A stretch of DNA of 64,000 bases, taken from Candidatus Sericytochromatia bacterium (lineage in GTDB: Bacteria; Cyanobacteriota; Sericytochromatia; S15B-MN24; UBA4093). Below the pieces are notes generated by a model. It was not told where the DNA came from and searched no databases. It saw only the letters and a list, made by a program, of their open reading frames with translations. The stretch lies in contig JAKFCT010000010.1 of NCBI GenBank assembly GCA_036676495.1, positions 32,001 through 96,000 on the forward strand, given 5' to 3'. The stretch's first letter is position 1; the number at the start of each line of letters is the position of its first letter. Both the position numbers and the translations under genes were made by a program. This document shows, piece after piece, positions 7,395 through 17,620 of the stretch.

Positions 7395-10103
7395 TCAACG
7401 CGTCCGCGTCATGCGATCCCGGAGAGCGGCACGCCCGTATTTGCGCCCTTCCAGGAGGAGCAGGAGGGACGAGGCCACCAGAAACGTCGCTCCGAGTTCG
7501 CGGGCGGACAGGGGAACGGTGTGGAAGACCGCTTGCAGGACGGGGAGGTAAATGACCCCCAGGTGCAGGACGACGCTGATCGAGAGGCTGAGGAACATCC
7601 AGGGGTTCATGGGGAGCCGGAGCATCGGGGTCGTCAGGGAGCGCAGGCTGAAGGCGCTGAACCACTGGAAGAAGGCCAGGGTGGAGAAGGCCAGGGTCTG
7701 CGCCTTTTCCAGCGGCGCACCGGTGTCGAGCGCGTTCAGGAAGACCAGCATGGTGCCGAGGGTCATCACGGGCGCGACGGCCAGGACGGGCGCGACCACG
7801 TCCCGGGACAGCAGCGGAGCCTTCGCGGGACGGGGGGCGCGGCGCATGAGGTCGGATTCCGCCGGCTCCATGGCGAGCGACTTGTCGAAGGATCCGTCGG
7901 TGATGACGTTGAGCCAGATGATCTGGATGGGAACCAGCGGCAAGGGAGTGCCGAGCACGATCGCGGCGGTGAAGGTCATGGCCTCTCCGGTGCTGGTCGC
8001 GAAGAGGTAGCGCAGGACTTTTCGCAAGTTCTCGCCGATCCGGCGGCCCTCGGCGACGGCGGCCACGATGGTGGCGAAATTGTCGTCGGCGAGCACCATG
8101 TCGGAGGCTTCCTTGGCGACCTCGGTGCCGGTCAGGCCCATGGAGATGCCGACGTCGGCGCGGGCGAGGGCCGGGGCATCGTTGACGCCGTCGCCGGTCA
8201 TGGCCACGATGTTGCCGCGCTCCTGCAGGCCGCTCACGATCCGGAGCTTGTGCTCGGGCTCCACCCGGGCATAGACGGCGATGCGAGGAGCGCGCTCGCG
8301 CACGGCCGCGTCCCCGAGGCGTTCGAGCTCGGCTCCGCTGAGGACCTCCAGCCCCGGGGCCATGAGGCCCATCTCGCGGGCGATCGCCACGGCCGTAGCC
8401 CGATGGTCCCCGGTGATCATGGCGACCTGGATGCCGGCCTCGTGGCAGGTGCGGATGGCGGCGATCGCCTCGGGGCGCGGCGGGTCGATCATTCCGGTGA
8501 CTCCCAAGTAGATCAAGCGGCCGTCGAGGCGGGGAGGCTCGAAGTCCCGGGACGAATCGCGCTCCGGCACGAAGGCGAAAGCCAGGATGCGCAGGGCCCG
8601 CGACGCCATGGCTTCGGCCGCCTGGATGACGGCCTCACGCTCCTCCGGCCCCAGGGGCCGTACCCGCCCGTCCAGATCCAGCCAGTGCTGCGCCATCGGC
8701 AGAATTCGCTCGAGCGCCCCCTTGGCGTACGTCACGACCTGGCCGTCCGGCAAGCGGTTGAGAGTCGCCATCCAGCGGCGCTCCGAGCTGAAGCTGATCT
8801 CCGCGATCCGATCGGCCTCCGCGGTGACACCGCCCTTGGCGGCCAGGGTCAAGAGCGCTCCCTCGGTCGGATCTCCCAGGACCTCCCAGGCGCCCTCCCG
8901 CTCGCGCAGATCGGCATCGTTGCAATAGCGAGCTGCCTCCAGCAGGCGGCGCAGGCCCCGATCCGCTCGTGCCGCCCCTCCGGCTTCGGGGCGGATCTCG
9001 CCTTCCGGGCAATACCCCTCACCCGTCACGGAGTAGGCCCGCCCCGGCATGGAGACCCTCCGCACGGTCATCATGTTGCGCGTCAAGGTGCCCGTCTTGT
9101 CGGTGCAGATGACCGTGATGGCCCCCAGGGCCTCGATCGCCGGCAAGTTGCGAATCAAGGCGTTGCGCCGGGCCATTCTCCAGACACCCACGGCCAGCAG
9201 GAGCGTGACCACCAGCGGCAGGCCCTCGGGAATGGCCGAGGCCGCCATTCCCAGGCCGAAGTGGAAGATATCGAGGAAGGCGATCCCGCGGGCCACTCCG
9301 ACGGCGATCACCGTGGCCACCAGGACGATCACGAGGATTCCCAGGCGGTGGCTGAGGGTCTCCATCTTGCGGCGCAGCGGATCCATCGTGGGGGAGGAGA
9401 GCTCGCCCGCGATCTTCCCCATCTCGGTGGCCATGCCGGTGGCGACGACCACGGCGAGCCCGCGCCCGCGGGTCACGCTGGTGTTCAGGAAGGCCATGTT
9501 ACGGCGATCCGCCAGGGGCAAGGCCGCCTCCGGGATCGGCTCGCGATGCTTGAGGCTGGGTACCGATTCCCCGGTCAAGGTGGATTCGTCGATCTCGAGC
9601 TCGCTGGCATGCAGGATCCGGGCATCGGCCGCCGTCCGATCCCCCGCGCTCAGCCTCAGCAGGTCGCCGGGAACCACCTCGCGGGCCGGGATCTCGATCT
9701 CCTCGCCGTCACGCAGGACCGTGGCGCGCGGGCTCGTCATCTTCGCGAGCGCCAAGATCGCCTGCTGGGAGCGGAACTCCTGGAGAAAGCCGATGCCGGA
9801 GTTGATCAGGACGATCCCCAAGATGACCGCGGCGTCCACGGCTTCTCCGAGGAGCAGCGAGACCAAGGCCACCACGACGAGCACCGTGATGATCGGGCTC
9901 TTGAACTGCCTGAGGAAGATGACCATGGGCGGGGGCGGCGGGGCTACCTGCAGCAGGTTGGCTCCGAACGCCTCGAGCCGGCCCGCGGCTTCGCCGAGGG
10001 AGAGCCCCTGAGGCGGGGTGCCCAGTGCCTCCGTGATCCGCTCGCCCGGAAGGGTATGCCAGGCCTGCACGGAAACTCCGGCGGCGGTCTTGGTCCTTTC
10101 CAT
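7395..10103 (-). CDS. P2A-type cation (Ca2+/Mn2+) transporting ATPase
   Basis: TGES, PEGL, DKTGT, TGD and GDGVND motifs; multiple TM segments. Confidence 0.95.
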   Translation of the reverse strand: MERTKTAAGVSVQAWHTLPGERITEALGTPPQGLSLGEAAGRLEAFGANLLQVAPPPPPMVIFLRQFKSPIITVLVVVALVSLLLGEAVDAAVILGIVLINSGIGFLQEFRSQQAILALAKMTSPRATVLRDGEEIEIPAREVVPGDLLRLSAGDRTAADARILHASELEIDESTLTGESVPSLKHREPIPEAALPLADRRNMAFLNTSVTRGRGLAVVVATGMATEMGKIAGELSSPTMDPLRRKMETLSHRLGILVIVLVATVIAVGVARGIAFLDIFHFGLGMAASAIPEGLPLVVTLLLAVGVWRMARRNALIRNLPAIEALGAITVICTDKTGTLTRNMMTVRRVSMPGRAYSVTGEGYCPEGEIRPEAGGAARADRGLRRLLEAARYCNDADLREREGAWEVLGDPTEGALLTLAAKGGVTAEADRIAEISFSSERRWMATLNRLPDGQVVTYAKGALERILPMAQHWLDLDGRVRPLGPEEREAVIQAAEAMASRALRILAFAFVPERDSSRDFEPPRLDGRLIYLGVTGMIDPPRPEAIAAIRTCHEAGIQVAMITGDHRATAVAIAREMGLMAPGLEVLSGAELERLGDAAVRERAPRIAVYARVEPEHKLRIVSGLQERGNIVAMTGDGVNDAPALARADVGISMGLTGTEVAKEASDMVLADDNFATIVAAVAEGRRIGENLRKVLRYLFATSTGEAMTFTAAIVLGTPLPLVPIQIIWLNVITDGSFDKSLAMEPAESDLMRRAPRPAKAPLLSRDVVAPVLAVAPVMTLGTMLVFLNALDTGAPLEKAQTLAFSTLAFFQWFSAFSLRSLTTPMLRLPMNPWMFLSLSISVVLHLGVIYLPVLQAVFHTVPLSARELGATFLVASSLLLLLEGRKYGRAALRDRMTRTR

Positions 10104-10238
10104 GGCGGCAGCCCCCTTCCCATGGCCTCTGCCTCACCATAAGCCCTGATCCGGGGGAAGAAAAGGCGCGCCCGCGCGACGAAACCCGGGCGTCATGGGC
10201 TTGAAGCTCCGCGCGCCGCGTGATACGGTAAAGGCAGT

Positions 10239-10378
10239 CAAAGGGGAGTAGCGACCCGATATGGTGCTCTAGGTCAACATACTAGGCGAAAGCCTTGGCC
10301 TAGAGGGCGAGCAAAGCTCGATTTGCAAGACCTTTGGCGAGCCCGATCCGCATGGATCGGGCTCGCCAAAGGTCTTTT
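10239..10378 (+). ncRNA. yybP-ykoY (Mn2+) riboswitch with overlapping intrinsic terminator
   Basis: CAAAGGGGAGTAGC...GTCAACATACT...GCAAGACCTTTG. The P1 3' strand is shared with a 23-bp terminator stem (10327-10376) followed by Ts. Lies upstream of a TMEM165 gene; TTGAAG-17-TACGGT promoter at 10201. Confidence 0.9.
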
Positions 10379-10398
10379 CGCATGAAGAGGAGAAGATT

Positions 10399-10992
10399 TT
10401 GGAAGCCTTACTCAGCTCTGTCACGGTGGTCACGCTCTCGGAAATGGGAGACAAGACCCAGCTCTTGGCCCTCGCCTTGGCCTCGAAGTACCGGCGGCCA
10501 TGGCTGGTCATGGTGGGCATCCTGATCGCCACCCTGCTCAACCATGCGCTCGCGGCAGGCTCGGGAGCCCTCATCGCGGCGTACCTGACCCCGACCGTGC
10601 TGGGCTGGATCCTGGCCATCAGCTTCCTGGCCTTCGCGGTCTGGACGCTGAAACCCGACACGCTCGATTCGAACGAATCGGATCGCGGCTGGGGCCCGCT
10701 GGCCACGACGATCGTCCTTTTCTTCCTGGCCGAGATGGGCGACAAGACCCAGCTCGCGACGGTCGCCTTGGGCGCCAAGTTCGCCGCGACCACCATGGTG
10801 ATTGCGGGGACCACCCTGGGCATGCTGGTCGCCGACGGGATCGCCGTGGCCATCGGAGACAAGCTCGGCGAGCGCGTTCCGCTGGACATCCTGCGCTATG
10901 TGGCGGCCGGTCTCTTCGCCCTGCTGGGCATCCTCACCCTGATCGGCCTGCTCTTCCCGGAACTCGTCCCGGCCCTCGCCCCGGGAGCGTAG
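10399..10992 (+). CDS. TMEM165/GDT1 (UPF0016) Mn2+/Ca2+ exporter
   Basis: Two E-M-G-D-K-T-Q motifs; TTG start. Confidence 0.93.
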   Translation: MEALLSSVTVVTLSEMGDKTQLLALALASKYRRPWLVMVGILIATLLNHALAAGSGALIAAYLTPTVLGWILAISFLAFAVWTLKPDTLDSNESDRGWGPLATTIVLFFLAEMGDKTQLATVALGAKFAATTMVIAGTTLGMLVADGIAVAIGDKLGERVPLDILRYVAAGLFALLGILTLIGLLFPELVPALAPGA

Positions 10993-10998
10993 GTAAGG

Positions 10999-11934
10999 CT
11001 ACGCCAACGTCTCTCGGCCGTGAGGGGCGTCGAAGTCCAGGATCGGCCCCAGGGGGATGATCCGGGTGGGGTTGATCTCGGTGTGGGTGTAGTAGTAATG
11101 GCGCTTGATCTGATCGATCCGGACCGTCTCGGCGATGCCCGGCACCTGATAGAGGTCGCGCAGGTAGCCTGAGAGGTTCGGGTAATCGGCGATCCGGCGG
11201 AGGTTGCACTTGAAGTGGCCGACGTAGACGGCATCGAACCGGATCAAGGTCACGAAGAGGCGCCAGTCGGTCTCGACCGGGTGGTCGGTCACGAGGTAGC
11301 GACGGGTCGAGAGGCGGCTATCCAGCACGTCCAGCGCCTCGAAAAGCTCATTGACCGCCTTCTCGTAGACGGCCTGCGCGGTCGCGAAGCCTGCCTTGTA
11401 GACCCCGTTGTTCACCTTTTGGTAGATCCAGTCGTTCAACTCCTCGATCTCCGCCTGATGCGCGCGGGGATAGAGATCGAGCTTGCGCTCGGCCAAGGCG
11501 AGGAAGTCGGTTTCGAAAATGCGCATGAGGTCATCATCCGAGTTGCTGACGATCCGGCGCTTTTCCTTGTCCCAGAGCACGGGGACGGTGAAACGGCCTT
11601 GGTAGGCGGGGTCGGTGGCATGATAGGCTTGGCTGAGGAAGTCGAAGCCGTTGACGGGATCGCGCGAGAAGCCCTCTCCGTCGCGGAAGGCCCAGCCGCG
11701 GGCGTCTCGGACAGGGTCGACGGCGCTCATGCTGATGACGTCTTCCAGTCCGAGCAAGCGGCGGACGATGATCGTGCGATGGGCCCAGGGGCAGGCCCAT
11801 GAGACGTAGAGGTGGTAGCGTCCCGCCGACACGGGGAAGCCGGTGCGGCCGTCCGCGGAGACCCAGTTCCTGAAGGCGTCTTCTTGCCTGACGAAACGGC
11901 CTTCTTGGGATTGTTCGGATGGAAATTGCGCCAT
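10999..11934 (-). CDS. Glutathionyl-hydroquinone reductase (YqjG-like GST)
   Basis: RYHLYVSWACPWAHR, TVPVLWD, NNGVYKAGFA, HFKCN. Confidence 0.92.
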   Translation of the reverse strand: MAQFPSEQSQEGRFVRQEDAFRNWVSADGRTGFPVSAGRYHLYVSWACPWAHRTIIVRRLLGLEDVISMSAVDPVRDARGWAFRDGEGFSRDPVNGFDFLSQAYHATDPAYQGRFTVPVLWDKEKRRIVSNSDDDLMRIFETDFLALAERKLDLYPRAHQAEIEELNDWIYQKVNNGVYKAGFATAQAVYEKAVNELFEALDVLDSRLSTRRYLVTDHPVETDWRLFVTLIRFDAVYVGHFKCNLRRIADYPNLSGYLRDLYQVPGIAETVRIDQIKRHYYYTHTEINPTRIIPLGPILDFDAPHGRETLA

Positions 11935-11983
11935 GGTGCTTCCTCCTTTCCCCCTCTATACCATTCCGGAGGCGGCGCTTCAA

Positions 11984-12047
11984 TCCCGAACGAAACGGCG
12001 CGAAGGCCTCCCCGTCCGGGGAGGCCTTCGCGCCGTTTCGTTCGGGA
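11984..12047. terminator. Long perfect inverted repeat (30-bp stem)
   Basis: TCCCGAACGAAACGGCGCGAAGGCCTCCCC-gtcc-GGGGAGGCCTTCGCGCCGTTTCGTTCGGGA, right after the 12051 stop. Confidence 0.7.
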
Positions 12048-12050
12048 GAA

Positions 12051-12647
12051 TCAGGCGGCGGGTTTCTGCGGCGCGGAGCTGTCGTCGGCCGTGGCGGGAC
12101 GGCGCAGGATCTCGCGCTTGAGGCTGGTGAGTTGATCCTTGACCACGCCGTGCATGACCGATCCTCCCCAGATGGGCAGGTAGATCCGGGGCTTGGCACT
12201 GGCCACGTAGTCGACGCGCGTGCCCATCGCGGTGCGTTCGAGGGTCCAAGATCCGATGAAGTGCTCGAAGTCCTGGAGGCCCACGTCGGTGAAGAAGATG
12301 CGGCTCTGCGGAGCGACCTGGAGTTGCAGGAGGACGCGCATGGTCTTGGAGATGGCCATGAAGCGTGCGGAGGACTCCTGGGCGACTAGCATGGTGTCGG
12401 AGGAGACATGCTTGACGACGGAGGACTTGACGGAGGGGACATAGGAACCGAGGTGGTCGTAATCCGTGAGGACCGTCCAGACGGTGGTCGAGCCGGCGGG
12501 GACGGTGAAGCTCCCCCTGACCACGAAGACACCTTTGCCTTCCTCGGCCACCTGGACCTTGATCCCGTCATCGGCAAACGCCGCGGGAGCGGTGGCGATC
12601 CACAATCCCAGGCTCATCCCGATCAGTCGCGACCATGGTCTTTTCAT
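12051..12647 (-). CDS. Exported SRPBCC/polyketide-cyclase-fold protein
   Basis: Signal peptide (APAAFA), VWTVLTDYDHL..YVP, F..F.GSWTL. Confidence 0.75.
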   Translation of the reverse strand: MKRPWSRLIGMSLGLWIATAPAAFADDGIKVQVAEEGKGVFVVRGSFTVPAGSTTVWTVLTDYDHLGSYVPSVKSSVVKHVSSDTMLVAQESSARFMAISKTMRVLLQLQVAPQSRIFFTDVGLQDFEHFIGSWTLERTAMGTRVDYVASAKPRIYLPIWGGSVMHGVVKDQLTSLKREILRRPATADDSSAPQKPAA

Positions 12648-12816
12648 CTTGCGATCCTCGAAACCGTTATCAGGCCCGCGGGGCCCTGCGCTGTCCCATT
12701 CATACCCGAGCGCGACCTGGAAGAAATCGATTGCTTAGCGGCCTTCACGGTGCCGCGGTGGAAAGTACCAGGCCCCTGGCGCCGGGTTGCGGCGCCAGGG
12801 GTGAGGGGACTCTGGA

Positions 12817-14124
12817 CTAGAACTGGTACTGCAGACCCAGGCGACCCTGGATGATGAACTGCTGCTCGAGCGTACCGCCGGCCGTGGCCAGGTAACCGGT
12901 CTGGTCGGGCTGGTTGATCAGGTTGTAGTCGCCGATGCCGGGCTCGGTGACGACCGGAGCATTGAGCTGGATGGGCAGGTCCGCAATCAGCTTGAGGTTA
13001 TGGCCGTTGATGAGCCAGGTGATGGCGGGCGCGATCTCGTGGATGGGCTTGAGATCCTTGCCGAAGTTGACCGTCTTGTTCTTGTTGGTGGCCTTGTCGA
13101 CACCCGAGACGGCGAAGTTCGGATCCGGCATGAGGACCGAGTAACGCAGGCCGAGCTGGACGGGGTTCAGGTCGTAGGTGGCCTGGGCCCGGGCGCCAGA
13201 GAACTTGACGTTGCCCTTGTCGGTCGAGAACTGGTTGGTCATGACTTCCGCTTCGGCGGCGACGGGGCCGTTCTTCACGGAGTAGTCCACGCCCGCGGCC
13301 CAGTACTCGGCGTCACTCTTGATGCCGGCGAGCAGGGGGTTCCAGCTGGCGTTGAAGAGCAGCGAGGAGTCGAGCTTGCGCTGGGCCATGGTGCTGCCAT
13401 GTCCGACCAGGGTGTTCTTGGTGTAGATACCGTTGACGTAGAGGCCCTGCTTGAGGTCGCCGCCGTCGGAACCCTGGGTCAGCAGGGGTTCGGGAAGCGA
13501 GTAGAGGTCCTGGCCGATCTCGCCGACACCGACACGGGCCACCAACATGGGGATGCCCATCTTGACGGGGATGTAGCGCTCGGGGATGTCGCGACCACCG
13601 CCGGCGAAGACGCCCAGGACGGTGTTGACGCCGCCGAAGCTGTTCTGGTAGCCGAGACCGTAGTCGCGGCCCATCTGGAAGCCCATCGACAGAAGCGAGC
13701 GCTTGTTGAAGACCATGTTGCCGCCGTCAGTGAGCTCTTCGAGGCCGAACGGAACCTTGAACTGACCGGCCAGGATCTTACCGTAGGGGGTCGAGACCCG
13801 GGTGTACATGTCGAGCAGCGTCTGGTTGTTGTTGCTGCTGTAGAGGTCCTCACCGCCCAGCGCGAGCTGGGAGTAGAAGAGGTGCTCGCCCTGCTTGGCC
13901 GAGAACTCGAGGCGCGAGTTCTTCTGGAAGAGGTAAATCTTGTACTTGTCGCGGATCTGGTCGTTGCTGATTTCGCCATGACCCATCAGGTTCACGCGAC
14001 CGCCGACACCGATCTCGACATCACCGACCTTGGAGACGGTGGTGATCGCGTCGCTCGGGGCGCTCATCCCGACCAGGACGACGGCCGACAACAAACTTCC
14101 CCACGCAAATGTCTTCGAACTCAT
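12817..14124 (-). CDS. Outer-membrane porin (OprO/OprP-like)
   Basis: Signal peptide, AGQFKVPFGLEEL, GRDYG, C-terminal LQYQF. Confidence 0.75.
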   Translation of the reverse strand: MSSKTFAWGSLLSAVVLVGMSAPSDAITTVSKVGDVEIGVGGRVNLMGHGEISNDQIRDKYKIYLFQKNSRLEFSAKQGEHLFYSQLALGGEDLYSSNNNQTLLDMYTRVSTPYGKILAGQFKVPFGLEELTDGGNMVFNKRSLLSMGFQMGRDYGLGYQNSFGGVNTVLGVFAGGGRDIPERYIPVKMGIPMLVARVGVGEIGQDLYSLPEPLLTQGSDGGDLKQGLYVNGIYTKNTLVGHGSTMAQRKLDSSLLFNASWNPLLAGIKSDAEYWAAGVDYSVKNGPVAAEAEVMTNQFSTDKGNVKFSGARAQATYDLNPVQLGLRYSVLMPDPNFAVSGVDKATNKNKTVNFGKDLKPIHEIAPAITWLINGHNLKLIADLPIQLNAPVVTEPGIGDYNLINQPDQTGYLATAGGTLEQQFIIQGRLGLQYQF

Positions 14125-14289
14125 TGGCTTCTTCCTTCCCGTAGATGGCTTTGTCTGGGGCTGTCTTTGCTGCCCCCTCAGCCAGGATTATCAAGTCCGA
14201 AACGGCTTGCTCCTACCGTATTTTCCCCTGAAGATCGGCTGAATCAATCTAACAGAGGCAAAAGCCGGTAGTTTTCACCGAACGGTAAG

Positions 14290-14316
14290 TAAAGAAATGC
14301 CTTAAGCAACCGATAA
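14290..14316 (+). promoter_or_regulatory. Possible sigma28 (FliA-type) promoter
   Basis: TAAA-N15-ACCGATAA upstream of the YceI gene. Confidence 0.4.
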
Positions 14317-14468
14317 TTTCAAGAGACCTAATGAAAAGCCCGTTTTTTTATGTCGAAAACTATTCCGCAAAAATCCCGGATGGCGATAACGCGAAAGTAG
14401 TCGAAGATGATCTCGGAAGCCGAAGCAAAGGCAAGCCAAGGATTACAACGGCAAGGGAGAATAAGCGC

Positions 14469-15062
14469 ATGTTTGCAAGCAAGAAGATGATCGCAGGTCT
14501 CGTGATGATGGGAACGCTGGTGGGACTCAGCCCCGCAGCCCTGGCCGCCGGGGTGGAGTTCCAGCCCTCGAGCAAGATCTATTTCGAGGGAGACTCGACG
14601 CTCCACGCTTACAAGGCCACGTCGAAGACCTGGCAAATCAAGGCGACCGTGACGCCCGGCAAAGACGTCAAGATCGGCGACATCACCGAGCTGGAAGTCG
14701 TGATCCCCGCCAAGAGCCTGAAGTCGGGTGACGGCGCGTTGGACAACAACATGTACGGCGCCATGAATGCCGACAAGCACCCCAACATCAAGTTCGTCAT
14801 GAGCAACGCCAAGGTGACCACGACGAGCGGCGGGGACATCGAGGTGACGGCCGACGGCACCCTGACCATCAACGGCCAGGAGCGCTCGACCAAGCTCACC
14901 GCCAAGGGCGAGCTGGAGGGCAACACCCTCAAGATCAAGGGCAGCAAGGAAATGAAGATGAGCGACTTCGGCGTCAAGCCTCCCGTGCTGATGTTCGGCG
15001 CCATCAAGGTCACCGACAAGATCACCGTGAAGTACGACCTGGTCGGGAAGGTCACCGACTAA
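14469..15062 (+). CDS. YceI-family periplasmic lipid/polyisoprenoid-binding protein
   Basis: Signal peptide, GDSTLH, SLKSG, G.LTING, MSDFGVKPP; hairpin at 15088-15118. Confidence 0.88.
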   Translation: MFASKKMIAGLVMMGTLVGLSPAALAAGVEFQPSSKIYFEGDSTLHAYKATSKTWQIKATVTPGKDVKIGDITELEVVIPAKSLKSGDGALDNNMYGAMNADKHPNIKFVMSNAKVTTTSGGDIEVTADGTLTINGQERSTKLTAKGELEGNTLKIKGSKEMKMSDFGVKPPVLMFGAIKVTDKITVKYDLVGKVTD

Positions 15063-15357
15063 TCCCCTCAAATCCCTTCCTTGCCGCGAGGCCCCGCCTG
15101 GATTTCAGGCGGGGCCTCTGGGCATCCGGCGACGGTGCCGCGTCCCGGAATCGAGGTTTGCTTGAGGATTTCATGTCGGGGGCTTCGGTGCTATTCTTGG
15201 AGCGACTCAACGCGCTGAGGGAAACGGGTCTCGCATCGTCGGCGCCGCAGAGCCTCTTGAACGGCCTCGCGGCCTGAAATCGGGCTCGTCCCCTCGGTTG
15301 AGCGGGGTCTGCGTGTTGGGGCGCGGGCCCGTTGTCGATCATTAGGAGTTGGACCGC

Positions 15358-15654
15358 ATGTATACCGAGCAAACGCTAACCTGTGCCGATTGCGGCACGC
15401 AGTTTCCCTTCACGGCTTCCGAGCAGCAGTTCTACGCGGAGAAAGGCTTCACCAGCGCCCCGCGCCGCTGCAAGCCCTGCCGCGCCGCGGCCAAGGCGAG
15501 CCGGGGCGATCAAGGCGGCAGCCGGGGTGCCAGCTTCGGCACGCCGCGCGAGATGCACGAGGCCGTCTGCAGCGCCTGCGGCGTGACCACCCAGGTGCCC
15601 TTCAAGCCCAGCGGCTCGAAACCCGTTTATTGCCGGGATTGCTTCCGGCGCTAG
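15358..15654 (+). CDS. Zinc-ribbon / CxxC-x17-CxxC domain protein
   Basis: LTCADCG..F.FTASEQQFYAEKGF..PRRCKPCR and AVCSACG...VPFKP...PVYCRDCF; AGGAG RBS. Confidence 0.88.
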   Translation: MYTEQTLTCADCGTQFPFTASEQQFYAEKGFTSAPRRCKPCRAAAKASRGDQGGSRGASFGTPREMHEAVCSACGVTTQVPFKPSGSKPVYCRDCFRR

Positions 15655-15889
15655 GCGACGACTTCCCCACGCAGTCTGACTCCTCATCAGGGCCGGGCGT
15701 ACGACGTCCCCGCGAGCCACATCTCGCGGGGACGTTTTCTTTGCGCGCAAGCATGATCGGCGCGCTCCGGGCCGATAACCCCCCTACGAGCCCGAAGGCG
15801 CCTGACGCGAATGGCTTGGCCATTCGCTTTGCTGGTAAAATGACTGAGTTTCCCCCGTCACGCCAAGCGATCCCTGACAAGGAGTGTTC

Positions 15890-17413
15890 GTGGTCACCGA
15901 ATCCACCCCCGTCGCCAGTCCGGCGCCGAAGCCGCCGAGCTTCCTGGAGCAGATCCGCTCCTTCAACCGAGCCTACTGGGCCTGCAACCTCATGGAGCTC
16001 ATCGAGCGCTGGGCCTACTACGGCGTCCGCACCGTGCTCTCGCTCTACATCGTCGACGCCGTCTCCCGCGGTGGCCTCGAGTTCACCCATATCCAAAAGG
16101 GCAGCATCTACGCCTGGTGGGCCCTCATCCAATCCCTGCTCCCGCTCTTCACCGGCGGCTTCGCCGACCGCTACGGCTACAAGAATACCGTCGCCTTCTC
16201 GATCTCCATCAAGATCGCGGGCTACGTGCTCATGGCCACCCAGCACAGCTACTGGGGCTTCTTCCTGGGCTGCATGCTGCTCGCCACCGGTACGGCCGTC
16301 TTCAAGCCAGGCGTCCAGGGAATCATCGCCAACGCCACCAAGGACAGCAACGCCGCGGTGGGCTGGGGCGTCTTCTACGCCATGGTCAACATCGGCGGCT
16401 TCATCGGTCCCTGGACCGCCGGTTACCTGCGCATCCTGGACTGGTCCTACGTCTTCTACGCCAACGCCGCGCTGGTCGCGCTCAACTTCCTGATCCTGCC
16501 GTTCTTCAAGGAGCCCGAACGCCCCAGCTTCGACGCCGGCACCGCGAAGAACCCGCTCCAGGAAGCGGCGCAGATCCTGGTGGTCTCCGTGAAGAACGTC
16601 TTCGAGCCCCGGCTCGCGGCCTTCCTCGTGATCTTCTCGGGCTTCTGGCTGATGTTCATGCAGCTCTTCGACCTGCTTCCCAACTTCATCGACGACTGGG
16701 TCGACTCGTCCGGCCTGATGCTCAGCGTGGGCCAGCTCTTCGGCAACCAGGGCATGATCGCCGCCGCCCAGGCCGGCCAGCAGATCCAGCCGGAGTGGAT
16801 GATCAACATCGACGCCGGGGCGATCGTCTTCCTGATGGTTCCCATCGCCGCCCTCTTCAGCCGCATGAAGGCCCTCCACTCGATCATCTGGGGCATCCTG
16901 ATCTCGGTCATCGGCATCGTGCTCGCCGGCGCCTCCATGAACGGCGCCTTGGTCGCCTTCGGCATCTTCATCTTCGCGGTCGGCGAGATGATGTCGAGCC
17001 CCAAGAAGATGGAGTACCTCTCCGAGATCGCTCCTCCCGACAAGAAGGGCCTGTACATGGGCTACGCCAACGTGCCGCTCGCCATCGGCTGGGGCATCGG
17101 CTCCTCGCTGGGCGGCTACATGTACCAGCACTTCGGAGACAAGGTGACCCTCGCCAAGCAGTACATGGCCACCAAGCTGAACATGAGCCAGGCCGCCCTC
17201 GACGCCCTCCCCAAGGAGGAGGTCATGACCACCTTGGCGGCCCAGCTCGGCAAGACGCCCCGCGAAGCCACCGAGCTGCTCTTCGCGGTCTACCAGCCCC
17301 AGCAGATCTGGTACGTGTTCGGAGCGGTGGGACTGGCCTCCATGATCGGCCTCGTCATCTACGACCAGGTGCTCACCCGGATGGCCGCCAAGAAGGCGTC
17401 CCTGGCCTCCTGA
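15890..17413 (+). CDS. MFS transporter, POT/PTR-like
   Basis: ELIERWAYYG (ExxER motif), GGFADRYG, FYAMVNIGG. Confidence 0.88.
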   Translation: MVTESTPVASPAPKPPSFLEQIRSFNRAYWACNLMELIERWAYYGVRTVLSLYIVDAVSRGGLEFTHIQKGSIYAWWALIQSLLPLFTGGFADRYGYKNTVAFSISIKIAGYVLMATQHSYWGFFLGCMLLATGTAVFKPGVQGIIANATKDSNAAVGWGVFYAMVNIGGFIGPWTAGYLRILDWSYVFYANAALVALNFLILPFFKEPERPSFDAGTAKNPLQEAAQILVVSVKNVFEPRLAAFLVIFSGFWLMFMQLFDLLPNFIDDWVDSSGLMLSVGQLFGNQGMIAAAQAGQQIQPEWMINIDAGAIVFLMVPIAALFSRMKALHSIIWGILISVIGIVLAGASMNGALVAFGIFIFAVGEMMSSPKKMEYLSEIAPPDKKGLYMGYANVPLAIGWGIGSSLGGYMYQHFGDKVTLAKQYMATKLNMSQAALDALPKEEVMTTLAAQLGKTPREATELLFAVYQPQQIWYVFGAVGLASMIGLVIYDQVLTRMAAKKASLAS

Positions 17414-17620
17414 CGCGAGTTCCGTCATCCCCACAGCCGCCGCGATGCCCGAGCATCGCGGCGGCTGTGCGCTCCAACCCTTTAGACCCGATCCCGGCAG
17501 GCCGCATGTAGGCTTGATCCTCGGTCAATCGATTCGTAATACCCCAAACAGTCCGCCATGGAACAATCTGGGCTCAGGAGTCGTTCGACAAGTAGGCACC
17601 CTACCGAAAGGAGATCGAAG

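Noticed and set aside
7353-10142. 929-aa plus-strand ORF, and similar long ORFs at 1998-4070, 15602-17434, 38573-40540, 40430-43156 and 59137-60972
   Set aside because: High-GC antisense or off-frame shadows of well-supported genes; no motifs
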